Positions 54,421 to 64,000 of a DNA stretch of 64,000 nt are shown here, piece by piece (positions within the stretch are counted from its first letter, which is position 1; each line of letters starts with the position of its first letter). Below the pieces are notes generated by a model. It had not been told where the DNA came from and made no database searches. It saw only the letters and a program-made list of their open reading frames with translations. The stretch is from Octopus sinensis (lineage: Eukaryota): the NCBI RefSeq assembly GCF_006345805.1, contig NC_043002.1:24242001-24306000 (forward strand), in the 5' to 3' direction. A program made the translations under genes and the position numbers.

Positions 54421-56623
54421 TACTGGCGATTTTCGTATCAAATTCTAGTGCAGATTATTTCTGACACCTTCGTAACCCACAAATATGTTGTGTTCTGTCA
54501 GAATTGCAGATTTGCAGTTATGCTCTAATGTCGTTTTTAACCCTACTCCTACCGACACTCACTTTCTCCATGTAGCACTGCCCTGGCTCTTTCTCTTTCC
54601 GTCTACATATGTAAATAATGATTTCCTTAGAAGAAAAGTCTTTCTTTGAGTAAACAAGAAGTTTGTGTTGTTTAAAAAAAAAACTGTGGATATAGTTTAT
54701 TGAATGGAACACTGGAGCCTTTGATCGAACCATGGACGAATAAAGAGGTAGCGCGAAACCCTGGTATAACTTGAACTTAGAACCTTGGCGACAACCTGAA
54801 TCACTCTCCATGTGACTATGTAAATAATATCGATTTCCTTGCCTGAGAATTAATACGATTTTGTAGTAGGATAATGTATGAGCAATCGAGTCGACTCGTA
54901 TTCTAACTGGTACTTAATATTGATTCCGACTGAGTTACTTTGATCTCGGACATTGAACATCAATCACCAAGACCCTTTGCCGTCTGCACAAACTTCACCA
55001 TTCTGGCGTAACAGTGAAGTTGACAGGGAACCTCTATATGGTTAATCGACTTGCTAAAAGTACCAGCTAAATGTGTTCCTGTCCGGAGAAAAAATGGACA
55101 CGGTCTTTGATCATAAGTTTGCTTCATCAGGACTGATCTGGAATTCAACAGTAACTTCATCGTTCTATTGAATGCAAATATTCAATTCTTGCTCACGTAA
55201 GCGTAGAACCTTTTTATGGAGAAGCAAGTGGGTATGAGTTGTGATTTTTCATACATTTATCTATGAATTTGAAAATGTAGGCAGTGAAAGGGTTCTAAAT
55301 AGGATAGGTGGACACTTCCTAGATGTAAAATATTTCAGGAGAGTGTCAATCTTTGACGCAAGTACTTTCGGCTTACCTGGTTTATAAACTGCCTATTAAA
55401 CTGAAAGTCGACAATCCTGTTTGACAGTTTTGAAAGTTGATCAGCTTTCACTATTTGTTTTGTTTTGTATTAAACACGAGCCTACGAAGACAGACCTGGT
55501 CAAAGTTGACCTGTGGCTAAACTACTACAATCATCATCATCATTGTTCGACCGTGGTCGAGACTTTCATACTACAATAACACAACCCGACAAGGGAACTT
55601 ATGTGTGGTCCCTCGACCTGACCATGACCTACTGTTTTAAAAAATGAAAGAACCAATATGATAATGTAGTTCTAGATGCGATAGACTTGAAAAAAGATGG
55701 GAAAATATCGTTTGGTCCAATTTTTGAATGGTTTGATCAGAGGTCTGCTGTATCAGTGCTGATCTGTGACTAATTCGCTGACAATACTTGTGCAAAAGTT
55801 AACAATAAGATCTTGTTTTCTTTTAAAATTTCCCTTTTTTAAAACAAGAACAGTATGTTTGAAATCTTAAATAGAACATTCCTCTCTAGGTCTAATAGCT
55901 ACAGTTGTGTAAAACCCAGAATCCTACCACAGACCCTCCTCTTAAAAAGTACTTTTGTCAAGAGGAAGGATTGAGAAGTGTGACAGTGTGGTGCCTGATG
56001 AGAGGGAGTGGTAGACTGATTTTTGGCGATGATGAGAGACATGTACGTCAGGTGGGCCTGGGTGAAGTTTGTTACAGGACTGTTCAGAACTGAAAAACAG
56101 GGACCTATATAATAGTTTTGGGGGCTAGAGATTGGAGGTCGTTGGTGAGCCAAAGGTGGCCCTTTTTGTGATAAAGCGAAGAGTGTTTGTACATGCAGAG
56201 AAGCAAGAGCAATACTCCATTATCTTTTTTTACAAACATATATAGATAAAACTCACTCACCTTTTATTTGTTCTCTCTCTCTATCTCTCTCACACACACA
56301 TTAAATACAGGCTTGGTTGAGTTAAGATGTTCACTTTGCAACCACGAGGTCCTGGGTTTGATCCTAATGCATGGCATGTTGAATTAGCACCTTGGGTCAA
56401 CCAAAATCTTGTTAGTGAATTTAGGTAGAAAGAAACTGAGAAGCCTGCTAGATAGACTAACTGTAATTGAAAAGTTCAGCTTTGTCACATTAAGCTAGGA
56501 TGTATCAATATTCCAGTCCTGGAACCCTAACCCACTTCTTGTGGTAATTCAATGAGTTGATCACAATGGACACTGGACACATTGAAACAATGGGAGAATC
56601 CATCAGATATATACACACATATA

Positions 56624-57502
56624 CAGGGTGTGATGGGTAAATTGTTGCCATTTTATATTTTTAATTTCACGCATGTGCATTGTTTGTTTGTAATTTTGTC
56701 AACTACACAGCGTAGTAGGGTACTGTCTGTGAGAACAACAGCATCATGATGCAATTCACTCTGCCAGAAATTTGGAAATGACATACTGTACTTCTTGGCA
56801 TTCAAGCTAGAAGCTCCAATATGAACAGATGGGAACACACAGAACAACCGTTGGCTTGCTGTGTCCCCAAAACGTGTATCCAGAGTGATAAGAATCAAAT
56901 ATCCAGTCAACATCATGGTGTTTGGAGTGATCACTAGTGATGGTGACATTATGCCTACATTTATCTTCCCACACAGCCTCTGACTCAACATGGTGGCCTA
57001 CATCAAGTGCCTGGAGAAGGTAGTACTGCCCAGGGTCAAGAGGCTGGTTGCTGGAACAACCTATGTCTGGCAACAGGACTCTGCACCATACCACACAAGC
57101 AGGAGAACCCAGTCATGGCTGTCAGACAATTTCTGCGACCACATCATCCCTAACATCTGGCTACCTAACTCCCCAGACTGCAACCTCCTTGATTATTATG
57201 TGTGGGGTACAGTTGAGAGAGAGACCAACAAAGCTCCTTGTAACACCAAAGATGAACTGAAGATAAGGCTTATGACAGCATTTACCAGCTTAGACAAGGA
57301 GACTGTCCAGAAGAATTGCAGGAGATTCCGAAGTTGTTTAGAAGCTACGGTTGAAGTGAATGGCGAATCTATTGAATAGATTTACAGTTTAGTATTTCAA
57401 GATATTTTTATGTAATTTTGGTAAACATATCTGTTAAAATGAGATGTCACTGTTATTTTCATTTTTGCGTAATTTAGATGACAGTTTATTCACCATACCC
57501 TG
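56624..57502 (+). mobile_element. Tc1/mariner DD37D (maT-type) transposon, internally deleted, non-autonomous
   Basis: Flanked by TA on both sides. Imperfect TIRs CAGGGTGTGATGGGTAAATTG / CAGGGTATGGTGAATAAACTG. ORF 56990-57379 has WQQDSAPYH...WLPNSPDCNLLDY with 37 residues between the last two Asp. Confidence 0.92.
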
Positions 57503-60500
57503 TATACACACACACACTCATATATATATATGCTAGCATGGAAAACGGACGCTAAACGATGATGATGATATATTGCAGGAGATTCCGAAGTTGTTAGAAG
57601 TACGTTTTGAAGTGAATGGCGAATCTATTGAATAGATTTACAGTTAGTATTCAAGATATTTTATGTAATTTTGGTAAACATATCTGTAAAATGATGATGT
57701 CATGTTATTTCATTTTTGCGTAATTTAGATGACAGTTTATTCCATACCCTGTATACACACACACACTCATATATATATATGCTAGCATGGAAAACGGACG
57801 CTAAACGATGATGATGATGATATATATATATATAAACTTACATACACACACACAACACATGTATTTAAATATTCTTTTCTACTCTAGGCACAAGGCCCAA
57901 AATTTTGGGGGAGGGGCGTGCAGTTGATTAGATCGACTCCAGTACACAACTGGTACTTAATTTATTGGCCCCGAAAGGATGAAAGGCAAAGTTGACCTCA
58001 GCAGAATTTGAACTCAGAACGTAATGGCAGACGAAATACCACTAAGCCTTTCACCCTGCATGCTAATGATCCTACCAGCTCACCGCCCTTCATGCATTGA
58101 AATATTGTTTGTCTTGAAATATTTTTTAATATTGTCTCACTGTCCTTGTTAAAATTTCTTCTTGAAAATTCTCCATTAAAAAAAAATGTCAATGTTTGTT
58201 AAAGATTATCTAAGTAATGGCTAACCTAATTAACTATCTCTCAATTATATTCTGATTACAAATAAATCAGTTCTGTCCATCACCAATCCTTTCCTTTCTT
58301 TCAGACTTTGTCTTCAGTTTTATTCATTTAGGTCAACATAATCTACTTTTATGTTTCAAGCTGATTGCAACCAGAAGAATACATTGTTTTATTTTGGTGG
58401 GGTTATTTTATGTATTTATTTTTAAAAAAAGACTGACATTATTTTTCCCTTTAATTTAGCTTTATTTCTGACCATTTGTGATACAATCATTTCAATTTGT
58501 AATCAAACAAGTCAATGAGGGAATTATCTACATGATGGCTTGATTTGCCAGAAATTGCAGCCAAATGCCCTTTAAAATCTGTTTTGTTTTACAAAAATGA
58601 AAGAAACAGTGAATAATGTAGTCTAAGAGACACTGCATTTGAGTAAAAGACAAGATGGTCATGGCTGGAATGCTTTTGGCCTTAGGTCTGTTCATTTGAG
58701 ACTAACCTGGAGTTAAACAATAACAGTTGTAATCAAATGTCAGATATTTGCATTCTTTGTTAATTTACCTGCAAAGCATAACAATCAACATATTTTATAT
58801 ATTCTAAGGTGTTAGGCTACAGGGTTTTCTTGTGTCTTATTTTTAATAAGTATTCTTCCCTTGTCTTTTTTATAATTTGATTTTTGTTTTTCAACATCCC
58901 AAGTGTTTGAAGAAACTTGTTATAAAGTTGGCCAAAATATTTTGTTATTAATTATCATTTTGGCTGAGTGAGTAGAGAACCTGACAATCAGCTGAGTGGT
59001 TTGTATAGTTTTCTATCCTCTGTTGTGTCTGTAACCAAGACAGAATTAAAGTGAACACAAGTAATTCACAAGCAGAAACTACTTGTTATTTAGATAAGCA
59101 ACAACAGAAGTTATGGTGCGGTAACATTGTCAAGTAATTTATTAGCGTGCCACGTTGGGTTTATGTCCACCTGTTGATAATATAAGTTGGAGCGAGATAG
59201 GTTATCTGACGCTGTGAGTCTTTATACACATAGAAAGACAATAATTAAGTAAATAAACAACAGCATTAATTTTGACATTGTTGTGATTTAGTGTAAAATC
59301 AACCCTGATCTAGTAGAACTATGATGACGGGTGTTCCTGCCATGACCATCACATCTTTTATTCAGATATAATGTATCTGGGACCATCTTATCCAATGTAT
59401 TCTTTTATTTTTAAAATGGTAAGATTTATTTTGATGAAGATTTAGCTACGATTTCTAGCAGATTGAGCAATCTTGTAAAGGTTTCCTCATTGGCTTGAAC
59501 CCCATAAAACCCAAATGTTACATTGAGAGATAACATTTCAGAGCTTGAAAATGACTAGCATTGACCACTTAAGCAGCTTCAATGCTGACCACTAAGATAC
59601 TGTCACTAGATCTGTATCTAAATACTATCATATTGGGAAGCCTGCACTAAATATTATGGACAATATAACAAACTAAAAGAAAGAAAAGCAGGCTACCTAC
59701 TAGATTAGCAAGTTTCATTCACTATATTCTGGAGTCTTTTAATCTACTATAAATAGCAACCAAATCACCTTCAAACATTACTTATTGAATAATGTATTCC
59801 AGAGTGCACTATATTTGTATAAAAGACAGTTGCCATAGTTTGAGTACCTTTGATCATAGGTTTGCTTAATCAAGGCACTGACTAATTTTCAAGCTTTATT
59901 TTCACTACAGTCTTTGCTTCTATGAAATTCCACCTAACCCCATTTTATCCATCCATACCTCCTCCTGCCTTCAATTGCGCTATATTTTAAAACACCATTG
60001 GGTACAGTGTATAGGAATACACTGTACCCAATCATTTATTGTTTAGGTTGCAACCAGTAGTTAATCTTTGAGTTTGTGTATGTGTTATTTGAAAACAAAT
60101 TACAACCAGATTATATCATGATATTGCAAGAACAAGAATTATTATAAAGAATATTTACCAGCTTTGATAGTTGTATAGCATTTAGTTAGTACACCAAGAA
60201 TATATGTCTCTGATTATTTCCCCCCTGAACTTCCTCCTCTCCTTTTTAACTACCAACTTTCCAGAGTTAAAACTGGACTTGAAATTCACTGATAACACCC
60301 AGTTATTTCAGTCTCAGAGAATTTAACAGTTTAAATAAAATATGTTTTGGAGGTAAACTATGGAATCATTGTTATTAGCTTTATCCTTGGTTACTCATTG
60401 AGGTTAATTATTAACCTTCCTGATTCAGGTTCTCTATCACTCCTTATAAATGTGACCCAAAAATTGTTTGCCAACCAATAATAAATTATCTCCTTATACA

Positions 60501-61303
60501 CTGAGGAAAGTATCATTATGTACCTTTTATTTATCCAAATTTACTCGCTTTATATACCTACACCTGCTGATTTTTCTTTATGTATCCTCCTTCACTTGAC
60601 AACTTTTTATACATACTCCTGATAGTTTTATATACATCCCCACTTGACAGCATACAATTAACAGAATTTGTATCTTAGGCCTTAGATTATGAAATTTCAA
60701 TATATTATTACAATAATAATTATTTTACTATAGGCACAAGGCCTGTAATTTGCAGAGAGTGGGCTAGTAAATTACATAGACCCCAGTGCTTAATTGATAC
60801 TTATTTTATTGATTCTGAAAGAATGAAATACAAAATTGACCTCAACAAGATTTAGATTCAGAATATAAAAAGCCAAAAGAAAAACTGTTTAGCATTTTGT
60901 CCAATGCACTAATGATTCTGTCAGTTTGCCACCTTTCATTATAATAATGCTGATAATGATACTAATAATAATGTGCTTATTGAATATAATGCTCAAATGT
61001 CCCACTGAAAGGTTTAAAAGAGGGAACAGAAAGCAGACATATAAGTCAAGTAAAGAAAGACAGCAATGAAGGCTTGGAGTATGTGTAAATAAAGCATTAA
61101 AAAATGCAAAAAGCTAGAAAAATGAGCTGGCCTATGATCAAAGATATTTCAGCCTTGAAACATCATGTCTTTTTGAATATCCAGGCCTACTTTACCCAAT
61201 GTATCCTTCCCACTCTTTTTTAATGGTAGGGTAATTTGAAGAAGATTTACTTGCTATATTTATCATGTTGAGTGATTGCATAGAGGCTTCCTTCACTGTC
61301 TTT

Positions 61304-61620
61304 CATCATCATCATCGTTTAACGTCCGTTCTCCATGCTAGCATGGGTTGGACGGTTTGACCGGGGATCTGGGAAGCCAGAAGGCTGCACCAGGCTCCAG
61401 TCTTATCTGGCAATGTTTCTACAGCTGGATGCCCTTCCTAATGCCAACCACTCCGTGAGTGTAGTGGGTGCTTTTTACGTGCCACCTGCACAGGTGCCAG
61501 GCGAGGCTGGCAACGGCCACGGTCGGATTGGTGTATTTTATGTGCCACCGGCACGGAAGCCAGTCGAGGTGGCGCTGGCATCGGCCACGAGTCGGATAGT
61601 GCTTTTTATGTACCACCAGA
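61304..61620 (-). mobile_element. Family D retroposon copy
   Basis: Reverse complement of the same module. Older copies lie near 27.7, 29.3, 32.5, 35.5, 41.1, 45.3 and 49.6 kb. Confidence 0.85.
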
Positions 61621-63169
61621 CCAACTTAATCATACATGCCTGTGGAAGGGTTAAAATAATTTTTTAAAATTGAACTATAGTTAGGAAGACCTATAGTAAA
61701 GAGGAATGAGATGAGTGCAATTAGTGAATGGTTGGCTGTTTAGTGTCAGTTTTATGAGAAAATGAATTTTTTTTTTTTAGTATTTTCCATATAGTCAGAG
61801 TAGGAAGAGCAGCAGTTATGACCATTTTGCTGGGTCTCTGAGGTTGCTGAAAGAAAAGGTTGAAGGTCTTGATATCTTCAGACCAGAGAGACATAGTCTA
61901 AAGTTTGCAACAGAGTGGATTCTGTTAAAGGCATCCAAGGGCCAGCTGTTGGTGTTAAATTAAGCCTACCACCTAACAATAAACACAGTTCATCTGATGA
62001 CTATCCACACAGTTTTCCAGTCTACTTAGTTTTATGCACAAAGCTTACATTGACCCAAAGTTGTGGGGTTAAAGACATTTGCCCTAGATGTTGCACAATG
62101 AATTTGAACCCAGAAGCATGTGACTGTAGTGTGAACTTCTTCACCACACAGCCATGGGAACTTTTGTGATTTCAGTGAGGTGAAGAAGAGGAATTGGATT
62201 ATTGAAACAATAACAGTAAACTAGTTGAAATCAATTTAATCAAAATATGTTCTCCATTGTTCACAGTTGAGCAAAACTGGTATTTCTGTTACATAGGAGA
62301 AAAACAATTATCATATTAAGTAGAAGGCTGGGGTTATTTTTTTTAACCCATTGTTTGCTTTCTTTGTATTGTTTTTCTGTCTGTCTGTCTGTCTCTCTTT
62401 CTCACACACACAAACGCACACACACATGCATTGTGTGTGGGTGTGTGTATGTTAGCAGGTCAAGCAACAATATTTTTTCTCTTTATAATTATAATTATAT
62501 TCTTGGTATACACAGAGACAAAAATAGATATTCTATATGAATCTTTTTTTTTTTCTCATTTTGCTTCAAGATTTTACATTCTTAAACCTAGGATGCTTTC
62601 AAAGCAAAATAAAGAAAGAGGAAGAGTAGAGAGTAGAAATGTTTTATTTGTACTTTCTACCTTTCAACTTGCTGAAATTTAAATCTGAATGAATAAGTTT
62701 AAAATTTCCTTATTTTTGAATTTCAATTAAGGTTCACATTATAAGTTCAAACTTCTCATATTTAGCTCATGTTTTATGAATCTGACAAAAAAGGAAAAAA
62801 GAAGGGACCCCCAAAATTTTTATTTTGGTAGAGAGTAATTAGTCTCTAGTAACAGATACAGAAGACCATGTTGTTGTTGAATCCCAGGTCAACCCTGATT
62901 CAGAAGACTTTTGATCAAAGGCATTTCAGCCATGACCAGCTTATTTCTTTATTTGATTTTATTTTCATTTATTTCAGTGAATCTATTGTTCAATATATTT
63001 TTTATGATTTCAGCAGTCATGAGAATAGAACTGCACTTATACCTCCTTTTTGTGCTACTAGTTATTCCTCTTCTTGGAACAATTTAACTTGTTACCCATC
63101 CCATATTCTCAACATCATCTTTTACCATTGTATTATCCTTGAACACCATTTCATATCTGCCATCAATGT

Positions 63170-63760
63170 CCCCTCCACCTTTTTTTGTCACTCACTATAT
63201 ACCACCCCTGCAGACTTCTGACCTTCATCTCTATCATTGTGCATCTTTTCTCCCCACCTGCTTCATATCATCTTTGTATTTCTCATCTATCTAAGTTTTT
63301 TTTTTCCATACTGCTGCTCTCTATCATGCACTTTTTATGCATTGATTCCTATCACCATCTCCTCCCTGACCCACTCATATTTCCTTTTTCTTTCAACCAA
63401 ACTGAGATTCACTACCGGCCATGCCTCCACTCATGTTCACCATTCACTGCATTCGTCTCTATCCTCATCTCTATTGTCAGTCACTCTCCTTTCACACATT
63501 TGCACACCAACCCTCCCAGCCATCAATTCTCTGTCCCTATTACCTTTTTATCCATCCTTTTGTTTCTTGCAGGTACATCTTCACACTTCATCTCTACTAT
63601 CCTTTCTCCCTTTTCTGCTAGGGTAGCCATGTACCTCCTCTACAGTAAAACCCTTGTTCCTGTCCCTCTATCATATTTTAACCTCTCAACTCCTGGCACA
63701 AAGCCACTGCTCTCAGTATTGCATCTCCAACAATGCAGAACAATTTCACTGACATTTTTG
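63170..63760 (+). mobile_element. Degraded Penelope-like retroelement remnant
   Basis: C/T-skewed stretch with an LTIYHP motif resembling the Penelope PLVLTYHP region. Similar remnants near 14.0-14.5 (-), 18.2-18.4 (-), 34.9-35.3 (+) and 38.1-38.3 kb (-, VLTYPPHFNP). Similarity is weak. Confidence 0.38.
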
Positions 63761-63825
63761 ATATTAATGTTGGTGCCAGGAATTTGACAGAAGTTTCAAG
63801 CATTATTGGAGTTTATATTTTAGAC

Positions 63826-63991
63826 CAGGGGTCTCCAAAGTGGTTGATATCAACCCCCCACTGTTCAAGGGGTCGATAAATGCACATCTACTTAATCATT
63901 ATTATTTATTTTCTTGTACATACCTGGGGGTTGATGAGGGGTCAAGGATTCCATGAAGGGGTCGATGGTCTAAAAAGTTTGGGGACCCCTG
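63826..63991. mobile_element. hAT-family MITE (166 bp)
   Basis: TIRs CAGGGGTCTCCAAA / reverse complement CAGGGGTCCCCAAA (13/14). Perfect 8 bp TSD TTTTAGAC at 63818-63825 and 63992-63999. Confidence 0.92.
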
Positions 63992-64000
63992 TTTTAGACC

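Larger units (their letters stand above)
51300..55600. promoter_or_regulatory. CpG-retaining (probably unmethylated) island
   Basis: CG dinucleotides are frequent in unique sequence here but rare outside young repeats elsewhere. Judged by eye, not counted. Confidence 0.7.

Noticed and set aside
54208-54528. 106 aa GTG-initiated ORF over the promoter
   Set aside because: Non-ATG start, no recognisable homology, and it runs through a consensus donor. Only the 54340-54405 part is kept as a candidate.
54887-54898. Perfect 12 bp palindrome CGAGTCGACTCG
   Set aside because: Lies within a decayed family A SINE remnant; a single short palindrome is not informative.

Overview
AT-rich animal genomic DNA, full of microsatellites and transposon debris. 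From memory, the SINE/LINE families look like those of Octopus; species is an inference, not checked. The one confidently identified gene is a pecanex-like 4 (PCNX4) orthologue on the minus strand. It has two spliced coding exons here (4076-3379 and 1567-1388) and continues past the left edge. About 4.2-50 kb shows no other recognisable host exon and is probably one ~49 kb 5' intron. It is filled with tRNA-derived SINEs, RTE/CR1/Penelope-like LINE fragments, a dead DD37D mariner, hAT/Tigger/piggyBac-like MITEs and simple repeats. A CpG-retaining island at ~51.3-55.6 kb contains an ETS/YY1-type promoter near 54.2-54.4 kb with splice donors on both strands. This suggests a divergent promoter, with an unidentified plus-strand gene starting MVEHVGSLHRHHHPHQ. 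I found no CRISPR array, true tRNA/rRNA gene or prokaryote-style system, and I cannot support a claim of a new biological system. The best leads are the unknown plus-strand gene, a retroelement carrying arrays of GTGCC-N3-GGCAC hairpins, a fixed-length element sitting in (TAA)n tracts, and a CpG-rich 325 bp insertion with possible pseudoknot pairing. One duplication looks like an assembly artefact. Repeat boundaries were estimated by eye unless TIRs or TSDs are quoted.
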